Shown here: positions 37,581-46,033 of the stretch, in pieces
Layout: every line of letters starts with the position of its first letter
How positions within the stretch are numbered: position 1 is the stretch's first letter
Assembly: GCA_963826115.1 (NCBI GenBank)
Contig: CAWGVS010000006.1
Coordinates: 1,056,001 to 1,120,000 of the forward strand
DNA: 64,000 nucleotides
Source: an uncultured Candidatus Rokubacteria bacterium
Lineage (GTDB): Bacteria > Methylomirabilota > Methylomirabilia > Rokubacteriales > DASRDR01
Direction: 5' to 3'
The notes under the pieces: generated by a model
The model's input: only the letters and a program-made list of their open reading frames with translations
Database searches by the model: none
What the model was told of the DNA's origin: nothing
Made by a program: the position numbers and the translations under genes

Positions 37581-39599
37581 TCACTGACTGGTGCGCGGCA
37601 GCGTCAGGACGAAGCGGATCTCGCCCTCCTGGCCGCCGAGCGTGAGGGTGCCTCCGTGAGCTTCCACGATCTTCTGCGTCACGCCCGGCCCCACGTCGAG
37701 GAGCTTGTCGGACGCGATCGCGAGCGGGCTGAACAGGTGCTCGCGCTCCACGGCCGAGAGCCGCGCGGGCCGCCCCGCGAGTGACAGGCGCACCCGCCCC
37801 GCGTCGTCCGGCGCGGCCTGGAGGTGGATGGCCACGCGGCCGTCGGCGTCGACGCGATTGGCGAGGTACCGGACCAGGTACCCGATCGCCTTGGTGAGCT
37901 GCTCGCGGTCCACCTTGACGACGAGCCCCTCCTGCGGCGCGTAGAGGAGCGCGGTCAGCTGGTCGGCCCGCTCGGGCACGCGGAGCAGGAACAGGGCGGA
38001 ATCCCGCGGCCCCTTGGACCGCTCCAGCCGGACCGACAGCTCCTCCAGCGCGTCGTGGAGGAGCTCCCGGAAGTCGCAGAAGTCGACCTTGTAGTCGCGG
38101 TCGCCCGCCAGCGTGATCAGCTTGTCGACGAGCGAGATCAGGCGCTGCGTGTCCTTCCCGACGACCGACAGGAACGTCTCCCGGAACTCGGGGTCCTCGT
38201 AGCGCTGCGGGAGGAGCTCGAGGAAGGTGTAGATGGACACCAGCGGGTTCTTGATCTCGTCGGTCAGGCGCAGCAGGACCCGGTTGAGGAGGTCCAGGGT
38301 CTGGCTCGTCTGTCGCTCGCGGCTCAGCTGGTGGCGCGGCGTCGGGTCGTCGATGAGCATGACCGCGCCGGCGGGCGCCCCCGCGGCGTCCAGGATTCGC
38401 GAGGTGCTGACCTCGAGGGCGATCTGCTGGCGGGGCAGCTCCACCTCGGCGAGCCTGAGCTCGCGGCCGCCCTGCACGGCCTCGTGGAGGAGGTCGCCGA
38501 GCGGCGAGGGGAGCGCCCGGAGATCCTGGCCGAGGACGTCGCCCAGCGGCAGCTGGAGGATCTGCTCCGCCCGCCGGTTGAAGCGCGTGATCCGGCCGCC
38601 GGCGTCGATCGTGATCGCGCCGCTCTGGAGGTGGGCCAGGACCTGCTCGATGAAGCCGTGCTGGGCCCGGACCGTGTTGAAGAGCGAGATGTCCTCCACC
38701 GCCATCGCGACCTGGCTCGCGAGCATGAAGAGGCGCTCCAGCTCCTCCGCGCCGTAGGGCTGCCCGGTGACGCGCGGCCCGAGGACCAGGATCCCCACGA
38801 GCTTGGCCTGCACCCAGAGGGGCACCGCGACGTCGCCGCCCAGGAGCGCGAGCTCGCGCGCTGCCTCCATCCAGTCCGGCTCGCCCTCGAGCTCCTTCCG
38901 GACCGCGAGCCGCACGTGCTGCCGGAACCAGTCGGCGAGCCCCTCGCCGCTCTCCAGCCGGAGGCGCTCGGCGAGCGCCGGATCGAGCCCCCGGAAGCCG
39001 CGCGGCCGGTACCGGTGCTCGGCATCCAGCAGGAGGAGCGAGACGCGCACCGGCCGCACGAGCTCGCCGACCGCGTCCAGGAAGAACTCGACGACGCGCT
39101 CGATGTCGAAGTGCGCGGCGAGGAGCTTGCCGAGCTCCTTCAGCACCGTGCCCATCGTCCCCGCCCCGCCGGCGCTGGGCGCCGGCGGGGCGGGCGGGAG
39201 CGCCTCGCGCCGCGCGCGGTCGCGCCGGAGCGTGGCGATCTCGAGCTCCAGGCGCCGGACGCGAAGCCCCTGGTCGATCGCCAGGCGGAGCGCGGCGTCC
39301 GGCATGTCCCGCGACAGCGCGAGGTCGCACCGGTCCGCGCCGGGCGGCACCGGATCGCCAGGGTCGAGCAGACCGATGACGAACGGTCGCGGCGCGGCGG
39401 CGGCCGCCGTGGCCAGCTCGTCCGGGTCGATCCGGGTCGAGCCGAAGTCGAGGAGGAGCACGTCGGCCTGGCTCGCGGCGCCCGGCTCGAGGGTCTGGGC
39501 CAGCGATCCGGCGGGCGGGAGGTCGAGGTCACCGTTCAGGAGCCGCCGCAGGCGGGTGGCCAGAGCGGCGTCGCGCGAGAGGACGCGCACCGTCCTCAC
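37581..39599 (-). CDS. REC-like/GAF/PAS pseudo-histidine kinase (H-box His replaced by Asp, ATP-binding boxes eroded)
   Basis: The real start is the GTG at 39599 (VRTVRVLSRD), overlapping the upstream TGA. H-box reads LTDEIKNPL. N-box, DxGxG and GLGL are replaced by YLVRYLA, LAGRPA and DVGPG. Confidence 0.85.
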   Translation of the reverse strand: MRTVRVLSRDAALATRLRRLLNGDLDLPPAGSLAQTLEPGAASQADVLLLDFGSTRIDPDELATAAAAAPRPFVIGLLDPGDPVPPGADRCDLALSRDMPDAALRLAIDQGLRVRRLELEIATLRRDRARREALPPAPPAPSAGGAGTMGTVLKELGKLLAAHFDIERVVEFFLDAVGELVRPVRVSLLLLDAEHRYRPRGFRGLDPALAERLRLESGEGLADWFRQHVRLAVRKELEGEPDWMEAARELALLGGDVAVPLWVQAKLVGILVLGPRVTGQPYGAEELERLFMLASQVAMAVEDISLFNTVRAQHGFIEQVLAHLQSGAITIDAGGRITRFNRRAEQILQLPLGDVLGQDLRALPSPLGDLLHEAVQGGRELRLAEVELPRQQIALEVSTSRILDAAGAPAGAVMLIDDPTPRHQLSRERQTSQTLDLLNRVLLRLTDEIKNPLVSIYTFLELLPQRYEDPEFRETFLSVVGKDTQRLISLVDKLITLAGDRDYKVDFCDFRELLHDALEELSVRLERSKGPRDSALFLLRVPERADQLTALLYAPQEGLVVKVDREQLTKAIGYLVRYLANRVDADGRVAIHLQAAPDDAGRVRLSLAGRPARLSAVEREHLFSPLAIASDKLLDVGPGVTQKIVEAHGGTLTLGGQEGEIRFVLTLPRTSQ

Positions 39600-42085
39600 C
39601 GCGCCACCTCCGGCCGGATGGTGTCCGCCACCGCGCCGACGAGGGCGGGGAACTGCACGACGAACGTGGTGCCGAGCCCGGCCGGTCCGGGGTCCGCCCA
39701 GAGCGCCGCGCGGTGCGCGTCCGCGATGCTGCGGCAGATCGCGAGGCCGAGGCCCGTCCCGCTCGACTTCGTCGTGAAGAACGGGTCGAACACGCGGCCG
39801 AGGTCCTCGCGGGGGATGCCGGGGCCGGTGTCGGTGACGCGGACCGTGACCAGGCCGCGGTCCGCGCGCTCGCGGTCGGCCCTCACGGTCACCGTGAGGG
39901 TGCCGCCCGCCGTCATCGCCTCCAGCCCGTTCAGGAACAGGTTCAGGAAGAGCTGCTTCAGCTGGTCGAGCTCGCCCAGGACCGGCGGCAGGTCGGGCTC
40001 GATCTCGACCACCGAGCGCACCCGGCGGCGATCGGCCTCCCCGCGCAGGAGGTCGAGCGTCTCGGCCAGCGGCACCTGGAGGTCGAGCGGCCGGAGCGGG
40101 AACGCGCTCGGAACCGCCAGCGCCCGGAGCCGGGCCAGGAGCTGCTCGATGCGGTGGATCTCCTTCACGGCGACCTTGGCGAAGGTCGAGCGGAACTCGT
40201 GGTCGTCGGCCCGCTCGGGCAGGAGCTCGGCGAACGTCTTGATGGCCACCAGCGGGTTCCGGATCTCGTGGGCGATGCCGGTGGCCATGGCGCCGAGCGC
40301 CGAGAGACGGTCGGTCCGCCGCTTGTCCTCCTCGAGCGCCTTGAGCCGCGAGTGGTCGTTCAGGACCGCGATCGCCCCGCTGACCTCGCCCTTGTGGTCG
40401 TGGAGGGCCGAGGTGTGCACGACCAGCGGGAGGACGCGCCCTTCGGGGTGGCTGACCGTCACCTCCGTCTCGGCCTCCGACCGCTCCACGATGCTCGACC
40501 GCAGGACGGCGCGGATGGCGGGGTCCAGCACGTCGAGCGACCGCCCCACCACGCGCCCCGCCTCGATCCCCAGGATCCGCTCCGCCGCGGGATTGAGCGT
40601 CGTGACGACGCCGTCGGCCCTTGCGGCGATGACGCCCGAGTCCATGCGGCCGAGGAGCCGCTCGTTGTACTCCTTGATCGAGACGATCTCGTGGTAGAGC
40701 TGCGCGTTCTTGAGCCCGATGGCCAGCTCGCTCGCGAGGGTCTCCAGGAGATCGAGCTCGTCGCCGTAGAAGGAGTCTCCCGACAGCTTGGGCCCGGCCA
40801 GGATCACGGCCATCAGCCGGCCGTCCCGGACCGGTACCGCCAGCTCGGCGCCCCAGGCCCGCAGGTCCCGCAGCACCGCGCGGGCGTCGACGGCGCCCGC
40901 GCGGGCCCCGACGTGGTCCCGGACGAGCGCGGCCGTCCCGTCGGAGAGCTCCTGGATCAGCGGGCTCCCGCCGGGCATCGGCTCCGCGGGCCACGCGACA
41001 CTCGGGTCGACGTGGCGGGTGACCAGCGGGGCGAACGCGTCGCGGTCCCCGATCCGGACGAGGATCGCGAGGCTCTCCAGGTGGAGCGCCCGGTCGATCA
41101 GGTCGGCCATGGCCGTCGCCACCCGCGCGGGGTCGGCGAACGTACCCATGGCCCGGCTCCCCTCGCGGACGAGCGCGCGCGCGTCGTAGGCGGGCCGGTA
41201 GAGGTAGCGGTCGGCGAGCCGTCGCATGCGCGGCGCGAACCCGAGGAACAGGGCGGAGGCGGCCAGACCGAGGATCACGGCGCCCGCCGGCGACAGCGTG
41301 GGGTTGGCCTCCGGGACCAGCGCGTCGAGCAGGACCTCGCCGCCGATGAGGAGCGACGCGGTCAGGAGCCAGCCCGCGGCGTAGGCCGCCGACCGGCTGA
41401 CGACCACCCGCACGTCCATGAGCCGGTGGCGGACGATCGAGTGGGCAGTGAAGCCGAGCCAGAGGAGCGTGAAGTAGGGGCCGTACACGCCGAGCCGCGA
41501 GGACCCGGTCACGAGCGGCACCACGACGCCCAGCGTGAGCGCACCCGCGGCGGTCAGTCCCGCGCCGAGGAAGACGTAGTGGAGCTGGGCCCGCGCGAAT
41601 CCCGTCGTGTGCCGGAGCTTCCCGGCCAGGTAGGCCAGGGCCCACGCCGAGCACAGGATCATGTACGCGCCGAGGAGGCGGAACGCGGGCCCGTACACCG
41701 GCTGGAGGTAGTCCGGCGCCTCGCGGCGGACGTCGGCGACGATCCAGGGCGAGAACGCCAGGCCCGACATGAAGAGACCCAGGATCGTCACGGCCTGGGC
41801 GAGCGCGGGCCGTCGGGACGCCGGCCGCGGGAAGGCCACCGCGAAGTGGGCGAACGTTACCGGAACCAGCGCGGCGGTCGCCCACAGGATGCGCACCACC
41901 ACGAGCACGACCGCCGGGTCGGACAGGCTCCGGCGGATCCCGACCAGCATGCCCCACGCCGCGAGGGTCGTCGCGAAGGCGGCGAACCACCGATTGACCG
42001 GGCGGCGCGGGTTCCGCACCCAGACCACGACCGCCAGCGCCACCTCGATCAGCGCGACCAGGAAGAGGCCGACGATCGCCGTCAT
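39596..42085 (-). CDS. Membrane sensor histidine kinase with N-terminal multi-TM (HisKA_7TM/PrsK-like) domain, GAF and PAS
   Basis: NP...VNRWFA, P.TF.HF...FP and I.RHRLMD.RVV motifs in the TM region. H-box AHEIRNPL, plus NGLEAM, DTGPG and GTGLGL. Confidence 0.92.
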   Translation of the reverse strand: MTAIVGLFLVALIEVALAVVVWVRNPRRPVNRWFAAFATTLAAWGMLVGIRRSLSDPAVVLVVVRILWATAALVPVTFAHFAVAFPRPASRRPALAQAVTILGLFMSGLAFSPWIVADVRREAPDYLQPVYGPAFRLLGAYMILCSAWALAYLAGKLRHTTGFARAQLHYVFLGAGLTAAGALTLGVVVPLVTGSSRLGVYGPYFTLLWLGFTAHSIVRHRLMDVRVVVSRSAAYAAGWLLTASLLIGGEVLLDALVPEANPTLSPAGAVILGLAASALFLGFAPRMRRLADRYLYRPAYDARALVREGSRAMGTFADPARVATAMADLIDRALHLESLAILVRIGDRDAFAPLVTRHVDPSVAWPAEPMPGGSPLIQELSDGTAALVRDHVGARAGAVDARAVLRDLRAWGAELAVPVRDGRLMAVILAGPKLSGDSFYGDELDLLETLASELAIGLKNAQLYHEIVSIKEYNERLLGRMDSGVIAARADGVVTTLNPAAERILGIEAGRVVGRSLDVLDPAIRAVLRSSIVERSEAETEVTVSHPEGRVLPLVVHTSALHDHKGEVSGAIAVLNDHSRLKALEEDKRRTDRLSALGAMATGIAHEIRNPLVAIKTFAELLPERADDHEFRSTFAKVAVKEIHRIEQLLARLRALAVPSAFPLRPLDLQVPLAETLDLLRGEADRRRVRSVVEIEPDLPPVLGELDQLKQLFLNLFLNGLEAMTAGGTLTVTVRADRERADRGLVTVRVTDTGPGIPREDLGRVFDPFFTTKSSGTGLGLAICRSIADAHRAALWADPGPAGLGTTFVVQFPALVGAVADTIRPEVAR

Positions 42086-42094
42086 GGGGCGGGT

Positions 42095-43324
42095 CTAGTT
42101 GTCTTCCGGGCGGCCCAGGACGACCGCCGAGTGGGTCGGGCCGATGGCTCGCGAGGTGACGAGCACACGGTTCACCCGCGCGGGCCGGCCGCGGCCGGGC
42201 ACGTAGTCGAGGTCGCACCCCGCGGCGGGGATGTCGTGGTTCATCGTCGGCGGCACGTGCTGCTCGGCGAGCGAGAAGCAGGCCGCCACGACCTGGAGGG
42301 CGCCGCCGGCCGCGAACGGCTGACCGATCATTCCCTTGATCGACGTCACCGGGATGCTGTACGCGTGCCGCCCGAGCACCGCGCGGTACGCGGCGCTCTC
42401 CGCCCGGTCGTGTCGCGGCACGCCGCCCCCGTGTGCGTTGACGTGATCGAGCTCCCCGGGGTCGAGCCGCGCCTCGTGGAGGGCGCCCCGCATGGCGGCC
42501 TGGAGCGACACCCCCTCGGGATCGACGGTCCGGAGATCCAGTCCGTCGGTGCCGCTCCCGTACCCGAGCACCTCCGCGTAGACGTGCGCCCCGCGCGCCC
42601 GCGAGTGCTCGAGGTCCTCCAGGACATACATGCCGGCGCCCTCGCCCAGGACGGAGCCGTCGCTCAGCGCGTCGTACGGACGGAGCGCCTGGGCCGGGGG
42701 CCCGCTCCAGCGGGACAGCCATCCGAGCTTGCCCCACGCCGCGTGCACCGAGGTCGCGAGCGGCGCGTCGGCGGCGCCGGCCAGGGCCCCGACGATCTGC
42801 CCCGCCCCGATCTGCGCGCACGCCCACTGGATCGCGTCCACGCCGGAGGCGCAGCCCGACCCGAGCGTCATGGTCTGCCCGCGGAGACCCAGGTCGACGG
42901 CCGCGTAGTTCGTGAGGGCATGGCCGATGCTCTCGACCACCGTCGAGGCGTCGCGCCGGCGCATGGGGCGACCCTGGATCCGCTCGAGGACCTCCTGGAA
43001 CTCCGCCACCGCGCTGGCGCCGCTCGCGACGCAGACGGCGAATCCGCTGGCGGCCCGGAGCCCCGGCAACCCCGCGTCGTCGTACGCCATGCGCGCGGCC
43101 GCCATGCCGAACTGCGCGAACCGTCCCGCGGGAGTGAGGCGCTCGCCGGCCGGCTCGAAGCCCTTGACCTCCGCCGCGACCTGACAGGCGAAGGGCGCCG
43201 GGTCGAACCGGGTGATCGGCCCCACGCCCAGCGCCCCCTCGCGAAGACCGCGCCAGAACGCCTTCACGCCGATGCCGATCGGGGTGACGGCGCCCAGGCC
43301 GGTGATGGCGACCCGGCGTCTCAC
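42095..43324 (-). CDS. Non-canonical beta-ketoacyl-ACP synthase (FabF-like, Cys-His-Gln site)
   Basis: RRVAITGLG, GSGCASG (Cys) and NAHGGG (His) are present. SIKGMIGQ replaces SxKxxxGH, and TSRAIGPTH replaces NSFGFGGxN. Confidence 0.88.
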   Translation of the reverse strand: MRRRVAITGLGAVTPIGIGVKAFWRGLREGALGVGPITRFDPAPFACQVAAEVKGFEPAGERLTPAGRFAQFGMAAARMAYDDAGLPGLRAASGFAVCVASGASAVAEFQEVLERIQGRPMRRRDASTVVESIGHALTNYAAVDLGLRGQTMTLGSGCASGVDAIQWACAQIGAGQIVGALAGAADAPLATSVHAAWGKLGWLSRWSGPPAQALRPYDALSDGSVLGEGAGMYVLEDLEHSRARGAHVYAEVLGYGSGTDGLDLRTVDPEGVSLQAAMRGALHEARLDPGELDHVNAHGGGVPRHDRAESAAYRAVLGRHAYSIPVTSIKGMIGQPFAAGGALQVVAACFSLAEQHVPPTMNHDIPAAGCDLDYVPGRGRPARVNRVLVTSRAIGPTHSAVVLGRPEDN

Positions 43325-43575
43325 CCCGGCGCCTGCTGGACGCGGCTCTCGACCAGGGCGACCATGTCCGCCACCGTCTTGAGCTTCGTCAGCTCCTCCT
43401 CGGGTACCTCGATGTCGAACTTACGCTCGACGGAAATGGCCAGCTCGACCGCGTCGAGGGAGTCGAGACCGAGGTCCTCGACCAGCCGGGCTTCCGGCAC
43501 CAGTTGCTCCGCCGGCAGTCCGAGCCGCGCCGCCATGATTTCTCGAAGCCCGCTCGCGACGTCTTGCGTCGCCAC
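43321..43575 (-). CDS. acpP: Acyl carrier protein
   Basis: EDLGLDSLD phosphopantetheine site, acidic 84 aa protein. Confidence 0.92.
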   Translation of the reverse strand: MATQDVASGLREIMAARLGLPAEQLVPEARLVEDLGLDSLDAVELAISVERKFDIEVPEEELTKLKTVADMVALVESRVQQAPG

Positions 43576-44805
43576 TCATGCCTCCCCGCGGCTGAGGACC
43601 AGGATCGAGTTGGTCCCGCCGAACGCAAATGAGTTGGACATCGCCACCCGGATCGGCGCGCGGCGAGCCTGGTTCGGGACGTAGTCCAGGTCGCACGCCG
43701 GATCGGGCGTCGTGTAGTTGATCGTCGGGGGGATGATTCCGTGGTGGAGAGCGAGCGCCGTCGCGATCGCTTCCACGCCCCCCGCGGCGCCCACGAGGTG
43801 GCCCGTCATCGACTTGATCGAGCTGATCGCCAGACGCCGGGCGTGCTCGCCGAACACGGTCTTGATGGCCTCCGTCTCGTGCTGATCGTTCAGCGGCGTC
43901 GACGTGCCGTGGGCGTTGATGTAGTCAACCGCCTCCGGCTTGATTTTCGCGTCGGCCAGGGCGAGCCGCATGGCGCGGGCCGGCCCGTTGGCCGACGAGG
44001 CCGTCGGGTGGTTGGCGTCCGCCGAGAGGCCGTATCCGAGGACCTCCGCGTAGATCCGGGCGCCCCGCGCCCGGGCGGCTTCCAGTACCTCGAGCACGAG
44101 GATGCCCGCGCCCTCCGCCAGGACGAACCCGTCGCGGTCCTTGTCGAAGGGACGGCTCGCGGTTTGCGGCGAGTCGTTCCGGGTCGACAGGGCGTGGATC
44201 GCCGAGAAGCCCGCGACCACCACCGGGTGGATGAGCGAGTCCGTTCCGCCCGCCAGCATCACGTCGGCGTCCCCGCGCTGGATGGCCCGGAAGGCGTCGC
44301 CGACGGCCTGGCTGCTCGCCGCGCACGCCGTGGTCGGGCTGAAGATGGGCCCGCGAGCGACCGTCCGCATGGACACCCATCCGGCGGCCATGTTGGGCAG
44401 GCTTCCCGGGAGCGCGTAGGCGCTCACCCCCAGCATGCCCTCGCGCTGGAGCATGTCCCACGAGTTGAGGAGCATCGGGACCCCGCCCATGCCGGTGCCG
44501 ATTGACACGCCGACCCGCTCGTTCTGACCGTCGACCTTGACTCCCGAGTCCGTGAGCGCCGCCTGCGCGGCGATGAGCGCGTAGTGGATGAACACGTCGG
44601 TCCGCACGATGTCGCGGCGGGGCAGGTGGGCCGCGGTGTCGAAGTCGGCGATCTCACCGGCGATCTGGCTGGGATAGGGGGAGGGGTCGAACCGGGTGAT
44701 CCGTCGGACCCCGCTTCGCCCCTGGGTCAGGCCATCCCAGAAGGCGTCGAGGCCGACGCCTACGGGTGAGACGACGCCCATACCTGTGACGACAACGCGC
44801 CGCAA
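43576..44805 (-). CDS. fabF: Beta-ketoacyl-ACP synthase II (FabF-like, intact Cys-His-His triad)
   Basis: TTACAAS, INAHGTST, SIKSMTGHL and SNSFAFGGTN motifs. TTG start with AGGAGG RBS. Confidence 0.93.
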   Translation of the reverse strand: MRRVVVTGMGVVSPVGVGLDAFWDGLTQGRSGVRRITRFDPSPYPSQIAGEIADFDTAAHLPRRDIVRTDVFIHYALIAAQAALTDSGVKVDGQNERVGVSIGTGMGGVPMLLNSWDMLQREGMLGVSAYALPGSLPNMAAGWVSMRTVARGPIFSPTTACAASSQAVGDAFRAIQRGDADVMLAGGTDSLIHPVVVAGFSAIHALSTRNDSPQTASRPFDKDRDGFVLAEGAGILVLEVLEAARARGARIYAEVLGYGLSADANHPTASSANGPARAMRLALADAKIKPEAVDYINAHGTSTPLNDQHETEAIKTVFGEHARRLAISSIKSMTGHLVGAAGGVEAIATALALHHGIIPPTINYTTPDPACDLDYVPNQARRAPIRVAMSNSFAFGGTNSILVLSRGEA

Positions 44806-44955
44806 TACGCCTCCTTGGGACGGTCTATGGTGCGTGAAAGTCCGACGTGACGCTAAGTTACACCCGGTCTCTCATGTGAGGCGGCAAAGAAAATTGTGCC
44901 ACCGGCCGAGGAGACGTGCACGCTCCAATCGTCGCGCGCGATCCCGCCAGACCGG

Positions 44956-46026
44956 TCAGCGGCCGCGGGAGGGCTCGCCGTCCCGGGCGCGGCCCAGCTC
45001 GGCGAGGAGGTCCCGGTGCTCGGCGCAGCCGATCACGCCCACGTCGGGTCGGGCGCGGGAGCCTTCGACCCATCGGCGGAGGGTGGCCCGACGGGCCCGC
45101 GCGGCAGCGACCGCCTCCCGGGGGAGGGCGCCGGACTCCAGGGCGCGTCCGACCGTGGCGATCGCGTCGTCCCGGGTGCTCGCCTCGCGGCACACCAGGG
45201 CGAGGTCCCCCCCCGCGGCGAGGAAGCGCGCCGCCGCGCTCCCGACACCCCACTGGTTCCGGACCGCCGCCATCTCGAGATCGTCGCTCACGACGAGCCC
45301 GTCGAACGCGAGTCGGCCGCGGAGGAGGCCCCCGATGATCCCGGCCGAGAGCGAGGCGGGCGACTCCGCGTCGAGGGCCGGATACCGGACGTGGTTCACC
45401 ATGACCGCGGGGCAGCCGGCGGCAAGCGCCCGGCGGAACGGCACGAGCTCGGTCCGCTCGAGGTCGTCGAGGGACGCGTCGACCTCCGGGAGGACGAGGT
45501 GGGAGTCGAGCGCCGTCCGTCCGTGACCCGGGAAGTGCTTGGCCACGGGGATCAGGCCTTCCTCGAGAACGGCCCGGATGAAGGCGGCGCCGCAGGCGGC
45601 GACCGTCTCGGGGTCATCCGCGTACGCCCGGTCGCCCACGACCACGCTGGCCGGATCGGTCGAGCAGTCGAGGACCGGTGTGAGCCCCGAGTCGAACCCC
45701 GCCGCCCGCAGCTCGCGCGCCATCGCGCGCCCCACGCGTCCGGCCACCGCCGGATCGCCCAGCCGGCCGATGGCGGCGGCGGGCGGGAAGCGCGTGAACG
45801 GGGGAGGGAGGCGGTGGACGCGGCCGCCCTCGTGGTCGACGAGCACCAGCACGTCCGGCCCGTATCCCCGCGCGGCTGCGGTGAGGGCGAGGACGACGTC
45901 GAGGTTCGGGCAGTTCCGCGCGAACAGGACGATCCCGCCCAGCCCCTCGCCCAAGGCCAGCTCTGCGACGTCCTCGGGGACCGCCGTCCCCTCGAAGCCG
46001 AGCGCCAGGAGCTCGCCCGCGCTCAT
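44956..46026 (-). CDS. nagZ: Beta-N-acetylhexosaminidase NagZ (GH3)
   Basis: DHEGGRV.R, KHFPGHG...DSH and SDDLEM motifs. Confidence 0.92.
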   Translation of the reverse strand: MSAGELLALGFEGTAVPEDVAELALGEGLGGIVLFARNCPNLDVVLALTAAARGYGPDVLVLVDHEGGRVHRLPPPFTRFPPAAAIGRLGDPAVAGRVGRAMARELRAAGFDSGLTPVLDCSTDPASVVVGDRAYADDPETVAACGAAFIRAVLEEGLIPVAKHFPGHGRTALDSHLVLPEVDASLDDLERTELVPFRRALAAGCPAVMVNHVRYPALDAESPASLSAGIIGGLLRGRLAFDGLVVSDDLEMAAVRNQWGVGSAAARFLAAGGDLALVCREASTRDDAIATVGRALESGALPREAVAAARARRATLRRWVEGSRARPDVGVIGCAEHRDLLAELGRARDGEPSRGR

Positions 46027-46033
46027 GCGCTCC

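Noticed and set aside
37581-42827. 1748-aa ORF in the track that could look like a giant KS-kinase fusion
   Set aside because: The first ~1075 aa are an R/G/P-rich alternative-frame shadow of the KS* and 7TM kinase genes. The real protein starts at the GTG at 39599.
39713-43684. Long plus-strand ORFs (e.g. 39713..43684, 37824..40697, 6026..8149, 721..2112) and minus-strand 15487..18057
   Set aside because: These are antisense shadows of well-supported genes, expected at this GC content, and carry no recognisable motifs.
42095-44805. Aromatic type II PKS (KSalpha/CLF/ACP) or housekeeping FAS operon
   Set aside because: KS* retains the Cys rather than the CLF Gln. There are no cyclase, aromatase or KR genes, and no fabD/fabG/fabH/plsX neighbours.
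44884-44901. Possible sigma54 promoter upstream of fabF (TGGCACAATTTTCTTTGC, minus strand)
   Set aside because: The GG-to-GC spacing is 13 nt rather than the required 10. The AT-rich region is probably regulatory, but I cannot assign it.
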